Positions 13,455 through 25,088 of a stretch of DNA of 64,000 bases are shown one piece after another. The position numbers and the translations under genes were made by a program. The DNA lies in assembly GCF_001194135.2 (NCBI RefSeq), contig NC_068996.1, positions 50,836,340 through 50,900,339 of the forward strand, read 5' to 3'. This DNA comes from Octopus bimaculoides. Lineage: Eukaryota. Within the stretch, counting starts at the first letter, position 1. Each line of letters opens with the position of its first letter. Below the pieces are notes generated by a model. That model had not been told where the DNA came from. It was given only the letters and a program-made list of their open reading frames with translations, and made no database searches.

Positions 13455-13844
13455 GGTGCAGGAGTGGCTGTGTGGTAAGTAGCTTGCTTACCAACTACAT
13501 GGTTCTGGGTTTAGTCCCATTGCGTGGCACCTTGGGCAAGTGTCTTCTACNNNNNNNNNNTGGCACCTTGGGCAAGTGTCTTCTACTATAGCCTCAGGCC
13601 AACCAAAACCTTGTGAGTGGATTTGGTAGACGGAAACTGAAAGAAGCCCATTGTGTGTCTGTGTTTGACTCCCCACCATCACTTGATGGTGTGTTTACGT
13701 TGATGTGTTGACGTCCTCATAACCTAGCAGTTTGACCAATAAGATAAGTACTAGGCTTACAAAGAATAAGTTCTGGGGTCGATTTAAGGTGGTGCTCCAG
13801 CATGGCTGCAGTCACATGACTGAAACAAGTAAAAGAAAGAAGAG
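13455..13844 (+). mobile_element. SINE family A
   Basis: High similarity to 4062-4493; contains a 10-N gap. Confidence 0.85.
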
Positions 13845-14282
13845 TAGTATACTTGATGTGATAAACCAAGAAATTTTAATAAATTAAGATTGAATAGTGA
13901 GAACAGTAATTTGTAAAGAACTAATTTGGATTAAAAAAAACAAAAAAAAAAAGCGAAGGGAAATAGCCTTAAAGATTTTAATTGAAATACATGTAGAATG
14001 CAACATAGAGTGAATCTGGCCATTAGTATTATGGTGACAACTTCAGATGTTTCAGTATTATTTAACCTCTTCAGCTAAAGTATCCTAACCATTACTGCCA
14101 GAACAATGGGAGTAGTATATAGGATTTTTGTAAATGGACTTTGAATTGCAATATAAATTAAAAGATGCCTGTTGTATAAAACCTGTGAAGTAGATCCTAG
14201 GATGCTTCATTTTGTAATTGCTTTCTTTTAACCATCATTGCTAAGGACATGGTGATGCTCATAAAGCTCATAAGGAACAGCT

Positions 14283-14615
14283 GGTGTGACTGTGATAATG
14301 AGCTTGCTTACCAACCACATGGTTCCAGGTTCAGTCCCACTGCATGGCACCTTGGGCAAGTGTCTTCTACTATAGCCTTGGGCTGATCAAAGCCTTGTGA
14401 GTAGATTTGGTAGATGGAAACTGAAAGAAGCCCATCGTATATATGTGTGTTGGTGTGTTTATGTCTCTATAATTTAGCAGTTTGACAAAAGAGATGTATA
14501 GAATATGTACCAAACTTACAAAAACAAGTCCTTTGCTCAATTCATTGGACTAAAATTCTTCAAGGTGATGCCCCAGCATGGCCATGATCAAATGACTGAA
14601 ACAAGTAAAAGATAA
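14283..14615 (+). mobile_element. SINE family A
   Basis: Similarity to 4062-4493. Confidence 0.8.
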
Positions 14616-16027
14616 GGGGTAATGGCTCTTTAAATCCAAGAAAGTTTAGGCAACTGATATTAAATGTCAATCTTTTTTACAATCCAGAATTGGTAAAAGG
14701 AGATTTGTGTTTCCCCTCCACCTCACAAGGAACCCTTGGATTTTATAAATTTCAGCTCGACAATTTTGTCTCTCCCTTCAGCAAATATATCGTCATCAAC
14801 TTCTGCTAATTATCGTTATGTGCTCCGCTTAATCCTGACATTCTGTTTCTTAGTAAGGTTAACACTTTCAATATTTGTTTTGCTTGGCAGTTTCATTTTT
14901 GTTTCCTCCATTTTTACTCCAAACTAAATTTGTTTTCTATTTACCTTAACTCTTCCTCTCTATTCAAAATAGCAGAAGCATGTTTTCTTTTTACAGTTTA
15001 ATCAGGGAGTGAGCTGTATCCATGACATTGATAAGACTTCTAAGAAGGGGTGTGCGGCATTTTGGCAAAGCTGTTTTGGCGCCGTTTATTTTGGCGTCAC
15101 TGATTCCATGCTACTTATTTCAACATCAGATGTTTTAATGTTTCTCTTGTTCTCTTCCTCTCCCCTCCTGTCCCATCACTTCCTTTCTCTCTTTCTCTCT
15201 TACTCACATTTAGATACAGTCATGTGTGTGTGTGTGTGTGTGTGTGTAACAGCAGTAGCACCCAAAGAATGAGTTGTCTTCCTTTGAATCATACAATTGT
15301 ATGTCTTGCACCTCTGCCTTGTTAAAAACAAAAAGAAAAAAAAAAACCTATTTAAACTGACTGTACTAATTGCCACCCTTCCAACAAAGATAATGAGACT
15401 AATGATTAACAGTTTTTTTCTCCAGTAACACTATCTTTGTATCTTTGACAATTATTTTCACAGGTCAGTGCTATTCTTGCAATTACTCATAAATTGTCTC
15501 CAGTCTTAAAAGAACCATAATATGAAGAGACTGGCAAACTAGCTGAATTGCTGGAGCATCAGAGAAAAACGCTGTGGTATTTATTGTGGCTCTTGCATTC
15601 TGGGTTCAAATTCTGTTAAGGGTTAACTTCACGTTACATCCCTCTGGCATTAATAAAATATGGTACCATTCAAGTACTACATATGATGGCATCAACTGAC
15701 CACCATCCCTCAAAATGGCTGGCATTGTATCTAAATTAGACAGCAATCCAGGTAATAATATCATCCATAGAAGAAGAGATACCATAATGAAAGTATCATG
15801 CTCTGATAACAATGTCTGGCAACAGAGATAACTCCCTATCTACAAAAATCCATAGCACATCTCACTGTAACACAGAAGCCATTATGAAAGGGCAGCAGAG
15901 TGGCAGAAATGGAGAAGATGCTAGAACTAAATATCTTACATTATTTGGTTATGCTACTTCTTCATATTGTGAGTTCTAATACGACTAGAGATGAATTTCA
16001 CCGTCCTTTCACTGGCATTAATAAAAT

Positions 16028-16242
16028 TAGGTGGTGAGCTGGCAGAAACATTAACACACCAGGCGAAATGCTTAGTGGTATTTTGTCTGTCTTTACATTC
16101 TGAGTTCAAATTCCGCCGAGGTTGACTTTGCCTTTTGTCCTTTCGGGGTTGATAGATTAAGTACCAGTTGCTTACTGGAGTCGATCTAATCGAGTGGCCC
16201 CCCTCCCCACAAATTTCAGGCCTTGTGCCTAGAGCAGAAAAG
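16028..16242 (+). mobile_element. SINE family B, full length with 11-bp TSD
   Basis: TSD ATTAATAAAAT at 16017-16027 and 16243-16253. Confidence 0.88.
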
Positions 16243-16264
16243 ATTAATAAAATAACTAGTAATG

Positions 16265-16311
16265 GTTTACCAGAATAGGTTCTCTTGAGTTTACCAGAAT
16301 AGGTTCTCTTG
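16265..16311. repeat. 24-bp tandem duplication GTTTACCAGAATAGGTTCTCTTG(A/C)
   Basis: Direct inspection. Confidence 0.9.
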
Positions 16312-17227
16312 CTTATAATGTGTAAACCTAGTTAGTGTCAGTGTATGGAATTGTTAACTATTGAATAAAAAAAAAATGTGTAATTAAACATCTACTTTTA
16401 TTATTTTTGTTATTTCTGAAGAATATGGAATTTTACTGGTGTTTTTTTTTATTAATGGCAATTAATTTATAAATGAACACCAACAAAATTCAATTTCTTC
16501 TTTGCCTCCTTTTCCTTCACCTTCTCCTTCACCTTCTTCCTCTTCCTTCTCTCTTTCTTAACTGCATGCTTTTTTTAAATTTGGCATTCTGCCCACTGAT
16601 AATGGTTATTCTCAGGTTTTTACTTCAAGTTTGAATCAGATAATTTACTGACGTGTCATGATACCAAAATGCATATATAAATTTCAAAGAACTACCAATC
16701 AGTTTTATGATTCATGAGTGAATCCCAGTTTAAAAGATGTCTCTTCTTTGGGCAAAATCACTACTGTGTACAATGCCACAATTGCCTTTGGAAAATTTCA
16801 ATTTTTCCATGCACAAAGGAGGAAAAAAAAAAAAAAAAAAAAAAGGGATTTGTGAGGTTTGGTTCTGTTGTTAAGAAATGTTCTGAGAGCAGCACTTAAC
16901 ATCAAATGGCAGTACCATATAACAAACCAGGTATTTGATGGTAATCTTGTAAGAGTTACTTCCATCGTAAAGGAAAGAAGTATGAGATTCTGTGGATGCT
17001 GATTTCGTAACAAGGATAAAACAGTGGGTGAAATGCTGGTGTGGGAACCAACACACAGAATGCAACCTAAGGGGTCATCTTCTCAGGATATTTATTGGTT
17101 GAAGACTTTGGCCTACTGAAGTGTGACCTACTAAAAGCAATGCTGGAGAAGGAGACTAGTGAGTTGGTGGTGTTCATTTGTGAACGATGCAATTATGATT
17201 AAAAAATAGTTCAGCACCAAACAACTG

Positions 17228-17460
17228 CTGACTCTCATCATCATTTTAACATCCACTTCCCAAGTTTGCATAGGTCAGATGGTGTTTATTATTGAATCAG
17301 ATTTTCTATGGCTAGATGCCTTAGCAGTTGCCAACCCTCACTTATTTCCAAGTAAGCTAGTACTTCTTCATGGCCAGATATGTTCTTACAAAATATTGGA
17401 AAGGAATGACATATTGCTTGTATGACACTCATTTACAATTATCACAACTATCATGTGATG
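17228..17460 (-). mobile_element. RTE-related 3' UTR copy, degraded
   Basis: CATCATCATTTTAACATCCACTT... start and CTATGGCTAGATGCC motif. Confidence 0.55.
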
Positions 17461-17493
17461 TCAAGCAGAAGCACACACTTACAAACACACAAA

Positions 17494-17499
<6 letters not shown>

Positions 17500-17534
<35 letters not shown>

Positions 17535-17715
17535 TAGGCTTCCACACAGTTTTCATTTGCAAAATCCATTCATATGGCTTAGGTTTGGTTATAGTAAAAG
17601 TTACTTCAGGGTTATAGTAAAAGTCACTTCACCAAGGTGCCACACATTGAGACTGAACCTGAAACCATGCAGTTTCTTAATCACACACCTCTTAACCATA
17701 TTGTCACAACTGCAC
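17500..17715 (-). mobile_element. SINE family A, head half
   Basis: (GT)n followed by the reverse complement of the family A head. Confidence 0.6.
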
Positions 17716-17900
17716 CTGGTACAGAAACTTCAACTTGAAGTATTGAATGTACATAATGTACAGGTATTATATTCCATTATTGTTTATTGTTGTTGTTTAT
17801 CTTCAGATCAGCTCTGATAGAAAAGCTAATGATTAAAGGCAATCCAACCATGGCTGTTCCAGAACCCAACATGTTGTGTTTGAGGGAATATGATCCAGCT

Positions 17901-19004
17901 CAGCCAAAGTCAGTAGTGGTGTCCCACAAGGTCCTGTGATGGGCCCACTCCTCTTCATTATCTACATCAATGACATAGTAGATGTCATCAAACATTCTAC
18001 ACTGAAAGTCTTTGCAGATGATTCCAAACTCCAGAAAGCCAAAAAGGTTTGGGAGACTATACATGCCTTTAGTTGGATCTGTTTGCTGTTGTACAATGAG
18101 TGTAAAAAAACAAAATGCTTCTAAATGAAAATAAGTTTGATTTGATCCACTTTGGAGAAGAGGATACTCTGAAATTACCATATGCTCTTCCCTCGGGTGA
18201 CTCCTTAGTGTCATCCAACAACACCAGTGACCTTGGAGTAATTGTTGATAACAATTTAAGCTGGAGTTCCCATGTAAACAGCTCCTGGATTCTGAGAACT
18301 TTCCAGTCTAGAGATGTCCACACCATCATCCTTCTCTACTTTTGCCCGACCTCACCTTGAGTACTGTTGCCCACTGTCTCTTCCCATTATGAAAGTGGAA
18401 GCACTCCAGGGGTCAATAACAAGAAAGATAGACAGCATGAAGCATTGACTATTGGGATCGACTAAAAAAACTCAATCCCTACTCTTTCGAACGCCACCAG
18501 GAGCACTACATCATTTGTGTGATGTGGAAAATATTCCATCAATATTGCACAAATGATGTTGGCATCAATTTTAAAATCCATCCAAGACTTGGTCCCTGTG
18601 CTATCCGCCTACTACAAAAATTGAACTCAGGACAGATAACATTACAACACAACTACTTTACCTCAACCAGTCCAGCTCTCTTCAATATTATACCAAAATA
18701 CGTCAAAACAGAAATGGATCCCATAAAATTCAAAAGTTTACTGGACAAATTTCTTCAAAAAATCCCGGACCAACCTCCTACACCTGGATATGTCTCCAAC
18801 AATAATAACTCTTTTGCTAGAATGGGCCATGATATGATGCCCCATATATAACTAAGATTTCACCAGGTGGTGTTATTAAGTTAGACATGGCCACATGTCT
18901 CCAACAATAATAACTCTTTTACTAGAATGGGCCATGATATGATGCCCCATATATAACTAAGATTTCACCAGGTGGTGTTATTAAGTTAGACATGGCCACA
19001 TGTC
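17901..19004 (+). mobile_element. 5'-truncated CR1/L2-group LINE remnant (RT C-terminal half plus 3' UTR)
   Basis: SGVPQGPVMGPLLFIIYINDI...KVFADD, DLGVIVDNNLSWSSHV and FKSLLDKFLQKIPDQP, with frameshifts and deletions. Confidence 0.88.
18791..19004. repeat. 105-bp tandem duplication at the CR1 3' end
   Basis: 18791-18895 is repeated at 18896-19000 with one substitution seen. Confidence 0.9.
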
Positions 19005-19512
19005 ATTTCCTTAAGCTCAAATTGACCAATGCTGTGTGATTGAAATTTGGGAACAGAAACTGAAAACTCATTGTATGCATGCGTGCTTGACTGAGGACTA
19101 GCTTTTTATGTGCCACCGGCATGGGTGCCTGTCAGGCAAACTCAGGATGATATATAAGGAAAAACAAACTAAAAGAAAAACTTAAATGCAGAGCCCTAGC
19201 ATGACCACAGTCTAATAATTGAAACCGCTTGCCATAAGCACCAGGTATCATAATTTTCTTTGCATGAAATAATGTTGTTCAAATGTAAAGAATCCTTAGA
19301 GATTGTCTCCAAGCTTTCAATTCTGACATCTTTCTTCTCAGAAGAATGGAGTTTTTGCATCAAGAATTATTGCTGCTTAACCTGAGTTACCAGAAATCTA
19401 ATTTAGCAGACTTAAAATCAAAAACATTGCAAATGTGACGCTATCGTTTTTTTTTTTATTCAGGCAGAGTAGATTCAAATAGATATTATCCAAAATATTG
19501 TTCACTCTTTAA

Positions 19513-19720
19513 TCATTTAGTGTTTAAACCGGCTGTATCCGGCCCAAATATTCCACCCATTTTATGCTCAAACTGGCCAGAACCAGCATCTCACACCTAC
19601 CCTGCAATGCCATTCTAAAAATAAGCAATTATATCTTTCAACTCTTGAAGCTACAAGATAATACCAGATTAATTAATGAATAAGGATTACTGTTGACATA
19701 TTAATCTGAACGCTAAAGGG
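19513..19720 (-). mobile_element. TTAA MITE, same family
   Basis: TTAA flanks, CTAAAGGG terminus, reverse-complement homology. Confidence 0.78.
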
Positions 19721-20540
19721 TTAAGAAGGTAGGATGTGATTTAAGTGGTTTTGGCTGCTGCTATTTCTAGCAGAGTGAGTAACTATATAGAGGGTCCTTT
19801 GTTGGTTCCTCATCCCTTGTGGTTTTGTAACACATCAAGCTGCAATCTTTCAAATTCCATTTTTATTAATTGAGTTAATTAATTTTCTTTTTTTTTTAAA
19901 TCTTATCTTTGAGTTATGGCTTATGCCCTTTTTTGGATATGACAAAATAGGCGTGAAACAAAATTACAAATAAGAATTAAGAAATTAATAAGAATGAGAC
20001 CTTGTAGTTTAACTTGGATATTTTTTAGTGTATATTTTTTCAGATGGTTTAAAAAAAAATTTTTTTTGATTTAAATTTAGATAAGTATAGATCTAAAAAT
20101 TAGATTTACATGATGTAGTGAAAAAAAAGGGTTAAATTAGTCAACATGACATTCATTATTTTAAGAAATTACTGTGTTTTCCATTAAAATAAATCTGTTT
20201 TACAATTATCTTCTTTAATCATAAACTAAATAAATCTAAGTTTATATAGTCATGGTTTGTCTATGTTTCTCTATCGTGAAAGCACAAAGCTAAGTGTTTT
20301 GGGTATTCAGCTCGAGATCGTAACATCACGAGTTCAAATATTTTGTAGCACATTGAGTTCTTGAGCAAGACTCTTTATTTCACGTTGTTCCAGTTCACTC
20401 AGCTGGCAAAAATGAGTTGTGTTTGTAATTCAAATGGCCAGCCTTGTGATACTGTATGTTGCACTGAATCTCTTTGAGAATTATATTAAGGGTACATTAT
20501 TTACATTTGATGGATATGTGTCCTCATCTTGTTTCTTGTT

Positions 20541-20586
20541 AACACAATGTTTCGGCTGATATACCCTCCAGCTTTCATCAGGTGTC
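20541..20586 (-). ncRNA. Minimal type I hammerhead ribozyme motif (intact CUGAUGA; stem II and III substitutions)
   Basis: Minus strand reads GACAC-CTGATGA-A-AGCTG(gagggtatat)CAGCC-GAAA-CA-TT-GTGTT. Confidence 0.6.
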
Positions 20587-20682
20587 TTGGGGAAATTTCC
20601 AACCTGGGTTCTCATTCCTAAGGTATTTTTCAATGTTATTTTTATTATTATTCAAATCATGGACATATGGCGTAGTGGTTAA

Positions 20683-20903
20683 CCCTTTAGTGTTTGCATT
20701 ATTCTGCCAAAATTAATGCTTTTTTATCCACATTGTTTTGAACTAATCATGCATTACCTTGTAGCTATGAGATCTTGATGAGGTAGCTGTTAATTTTTAA
20801 AACGATATTGTAGGGTTGGTGTGAGAGCCCAGATATGGCCAGTTTGAACATAAAACAGCCAGAATACTTTTGGCCAGATGTGGCCGGTTTAAATGCTAAA
20901 GGG
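20683..20903 (+). mobile_element. piggyBac-type MITE (221 bp) with TTAA TSD
   Basis: TTAA|CCCTTTAG ... CTAAAGGG|TTAA. Removing it restores the tRNA-like head GTAGTGGTTAAGAGTC. Confidence 0.88.
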
Positions 20904-21017
20904 TTAAGAGTCAGGCTACTAACCCCAAGATTCGAAGTTCGATTCCAGGCAGTGACTTGAATAATAATAATAATAATAATAATGATAGTATCGAAAAATA
21001 CCTTGAAATTTCCCTAA

Positions 21018-21063
21018 GACACCTGATAAAGGCTGGAGGGTATATCAGCCGAAACGTTGTGTT
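21018..21063 (+). ncRNA. Minimal type I hammerhead ribozyme motif (core G8>A, probably inactive)
   Basis: GACAC-CTGATAA-A-GGCTG(gagggtatat)CAGCC-GAAA-CG-TT-GTGTT: stem I GACAC/GTGTT, stem II GGCTG/CAGCC. Confidence 0.6.
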
Positions 21064-22370
21064 AACAACAAACAAGATGAGGACAAATATCCGTCAAATG
21101 TAAATAATGTACATAATTCCTCATCTCTTAAATATAGAACTGTACATTAAGGGTACAGGTGTTGGTGGAGTACTCAGCCATTTGCATGTTAATTTCATGA
21201 GCAGGTTGTTCCATTGATCAAATCAACTTGTTGCCATAACCAATGGAGTGCCAGTAAAATGTTTATCTATAATCCTATCATATAACAAAATATTACCAAA
21301 TAAATAAAATATTAAAACTGAATAAAGATAATTTTTTTTTATATGCTACCAGAAAGTTTCTTTTGTAAGGGCTAAAGAATTGTATTTAAGACTAGTAGAA
21401 GTATTCATTGATACCTGGGTATTGTATCATACTTTTTCTTTCTTGTCTTTGGGCAGTAAGTGTTATTTCCTATTTGCTTCTATTTAGAAATCAAAAGAAA
21501 TGACTACTGTTCTCTTCAAACTTTGCTTTTTGTGACCTGGACATCAAAGTTTTGAAACTGACCTATTTTCCTTTACATTTCAGACAGATTCAGTTCTGTA
21601 TTGCTGAAACAAATAACATTATAGCAAATATTCTGCTCAATATAACAGATTTGCTTGTCAGTTGCTTGACCTTAACCACTTAAGCATGACCCTTAGTGGC
21701 TGACAATTTGTGGATCTCTGATGATGAGTAGTAGTGGGAGAGAATCATAGCCATGTGTTATAAATGTAACAAAAGCAAAGTTTGAAGGAAATATTAGCCA
21801 TTTTTCATAATTTCTAGGAGTGAGTAAATAGAATATAACAGTTGCTACCAAAGGGCAAAAATCGTGTTATACTTTGTAAGATGAGAGGGTGATATTTCAG
21901 GGATAGTTGGCTGCTGTTTCTAATATTTTGTGATATCAGGTACAAGCTGCCTTGGTTAATATATACCTAATATAGTTGGGTGTGATTTGAGGGAGATTTG
22001 GTTACTTATTTCATTCTTGTTGGTACAATGTCGGTGTCTCATCTGTTGCCTCATATATGCATAAGCTAATAGTGTTATTTGACTTGGCTGCTATATCTAT
22101 CAAGTTGAAATATATAGTGGTACCTCATTGATTGGATTCAGAAGGCAATCAGAAAAGCAGCCAACTTTTAATCAAACCTATCAGATCTAGCAATGATGTG
22201 GAGGTTTCCTTTGATGGGTCAAACATACTTATGTGCATACACAAGGCAGTAATTTGTGGTTTGAGGTGAAATACAGCTGCTATTTCTATATAATGGAAGT
22301 CTTATGTTGATTGGTATCAAAAGGGTTAAACTTGATGTCATATGCTATATGCATGTATATTTGATATATA

Positions 22371-23610
22371 CTGTAAAAGCTCATGTAATATGTGCACCTG
22401 TGTAATTTACGCACATGATTTTGTTAAAAAAAGCTTCTATTCATGTAGAATTCACACCTAAAAGTTTTCAGAATTGCCTATATAGCCAGGGGAAAATGGT
22501 TTTCAATTTAATTGTATTTAACCTAATTTCACTTACTTATGAATAGTTTTATTAAATTTTCATTAAATAAAAATAATTTCAGGTTTTCACATTGAAAGCT
22601 ATTAAATTACAGTGTTTGTGTTGTTTATAATAAACTTTATTTTACATTTTGTTGCCCACAAGAGATTATGTCCGATCTTTAGCATGCTTCTGTATATCTT
22701 CTCAAATCATGATCACAGGAAAAGTTGTTAAGAATTACCAACAAAAACAAAGCTGATAAATATGCACAGATGCTGCAAATTAAGTTTAATTACTGTAAAC
22801 ATCAGTTTGGATGACACTTTACTCAACTGACAGAGGAAGGTAACCGATCAGATTGATTATGTAAACAGAATTCTTTTCTGCCTATACTTGTTGGGACCTT
22901 TGATACAGATTATCGAAGTTTTAATCCTTTTCACACTTATAAAATGTCAAGCAAACTTAAAAATTTGTCATTACCATTATTGTCAGCATGGGCAGAACTT
23001 ATGCGAAGGAGAAATTAAATATGTTGAATATGCCTTTGAATGTGGCAATAGAGCCGTCAGAAGGCATTTTAATGTTAATGAAGCCAATGTTTGAAATTGG
23101 TATAAACAGTATGACAAACTGTGCCTAGTAATAAACAAACAAAAATAAAAACATACAATCAAGATTATCCATATCTTTACATTTTTTTCAGTCAAGAATA
23201 TCCATATCACTATGTATGTCAATGGTGCTCCATTGCAATAGATAGAAACTGCAAGCAATGTAAAATATGGCCTAGACTGTGTTTACTAGCATGAACGTCA
23301 GACTTCAAAAAGTAGTTGACCATTAAATGGTTTTAGTAAATTTATACAGAAAAAGTAAGCATTATACTGTCCAGCATAAATAAAAGTCAACGTCATTATA
23401 TTTAAGCCATTATTTTTTTCTGTAAAAACCTATTCTGACATTAAACGAGTCAGCTTCCGGTACAAATGTTTACATTTTGTACGTTTTTTTTCAACAAAAA
23501 AAATTTCAAAAACAATTTCTGGAAATGATCTACTCACGTAATTTATGCACCCACTAAAGTTTATTTTTATTTTTGCGAGAAAAGTGCGTAAATTACATCA
23601 GTTTTTATGG
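22371..23610 (+). mobile_element. Non-autonomous pogo-like DNA transposon with a Brinker-type HTH remnant
   Basis: Flanked by TA on both sides, with imperfect TIRs CTGTAAAAGCTCATGTAATATGTGCAC and the reverse complement of GTGCGTAAATTACATCAGTTTTTATGG. Positions 22988-23110 encode KYVEYAFECGNRAVRRHFNVNEANV*NW. Confidence 0.7.
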
Positions 23611-23743
23611 TATATCTATTGACATGATTTGTTTTGTTGTACAGACTTATGTAAGGTTTTTGTATGACAATTGTGTTAAGCTCAATGTATGTTTGCTCTA
23701 GTCACAAACTAATATTTAAAAGAATTACAAGTCTTTCTTTCTT

Positions 23744-23793
<50 letters not shown>

Positions 23794-24897
23794 ATTCAGT
23801 TGTAATCAGCTTTGACAGTTGAGGATTTTACATAGTGATTAGTTAGATAGTTTACAGAAGTAATTGATGAGAAGCAGAAAGACAATTGCATTGAATAATT
23901 TTGAGCTGATTGAAGTGTTCTCAAAATATTGATATTTTTAACTTTAAGATGTCTTTATAATTAAATGGGGACTTAATGGCATGATTCTTGCCATACAGTG
24001 ATAATGCCTACTTTAGGTGATTAGAAAATATCCATGTTACAGAGCAGCTCTTTAGCTGAATAGAAATTTAAATGAGGAATATTCCTTTCTTTTGCATCTC
24101 TTATCAAAAGGAAGATATGTTAGGCACTCAGAGACACATATGTTATAACTGGGGAAAAATGGTAGAAAGAAACAAGGTAGCTCTTGTAATGAAGAAGATT
24201 ATCAAAAAAGAATGTGTTTAAATTAAGGATTTAACATAGTTTTGGATGAATGAAGGTTTGATGCACAATTTTAGAAAGAAAAAAAAAAGAGTAATTTTTG
24301 TGTGAATAATATTTCTGTTGTGGAGGGTTAATTTATTTGTTCACAAGAATGTTTGTATGTGAACCTAGTTTCTTTTGAGAGTGAAGCTTTTCTATCAAAG
24401 GTCAAATAAATTAGAAAACAAAGGAGCAAAAGGACACTATGGGAATAATTGAAAGAACCTAAAAGAAAAAAAAAGAAAAAAGAAAAAAATTAGCCTAAAA
24501 ATCCTTCATACTGACAGGAGCTACAAGAGAAAAGAAAGAAAAGTTGTTTATCAATGTTGGTCTATATTGTCAGTAAGATTATAAAAATCTTCTAGAGTAC
24601 ATGTACTTTCAAAATTTATTTCTGACTTCAGCATAAGAATGCAGATTTTTATTTTTTTCTGGCCCCGATACATTCCTTGTTTTATTAACTTCTGGAGGGT
24701 GAAAAGCAAAGTTCAATCCAAGGAGATTTGAACTCAAAGTGTCAAGGAATGTAAGTGAATACTTGCAAAGCATTTAATTTGTCACTTTATCAGTGCCATA
24801 CACAAACTTTTAATAATGGTTTTTAAATTTTAGCACAAGGCCAGCAGTTTTAGGGGAAAGAGGATAGCTGATTACTTTCTGTGATATCATTGCATTT

Positions 24898-25088
24898 GAG
24901 GTGGTAAGCTGGCAGAATCATTAGCATTCTGGGCTTCACACTCTGAGTTCAAACTCCGCCAAGTTCAACTTGGCCTTTCATCCTTTCAGGGTTGATGAAC
25001 TAAGTACTAGTTGCATACTAGGGTTGATATAATCAACTTGTCCTTCCCCCAAAATATCAGGTCTTGTGCCTTTAGGAGAAAGGAGATT
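24898..25088 (+). mobile_element. SINE family B with 9-bp TSD
   Basis: ATTGCATTT at 24889-24897 and 25089-25097. Confidence 0.82.

Larger units (their letters stand above)
20497..21142 (+). mobile_element. tRNA-headed element with a Penelope-like hammerhead body and an inverted upstream arm
   Basis: A box TGGCGTAGTGG (20668-20678) and B box GTTCGATTCC (20937-20946). Arm 20497-20659 is the reverse complement of about 20950-21110. 15-bp TSD TA(T/C)ATTAAGGGTACA at 20482-20496 and 21143-21157. Confidence 0.8.
20290..21255 (+). mobile_element. SINE family C host copy, split by an insertion at 20497-21142
   Basis: The two halves join into a sequence homologous to 44068-44393 and 56561-56878. Confidence 0.8.

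Noticed and set aside
13525-13586. Direct repeat TGGCACCTTGGGCAAGTGTCTTCTAC
   Set aside because: It flanks a 10-N gap on both sides, typical of an unmerged contig overlap.
20661-20955. Possible tRNA gene (also the other SINE heads)
   Set aside because: A and B boxes are present but there is no complete cloverleaf or terminator, and the heads are fused to repeat bodies, so these are SINE heads rather than tRNA genes.
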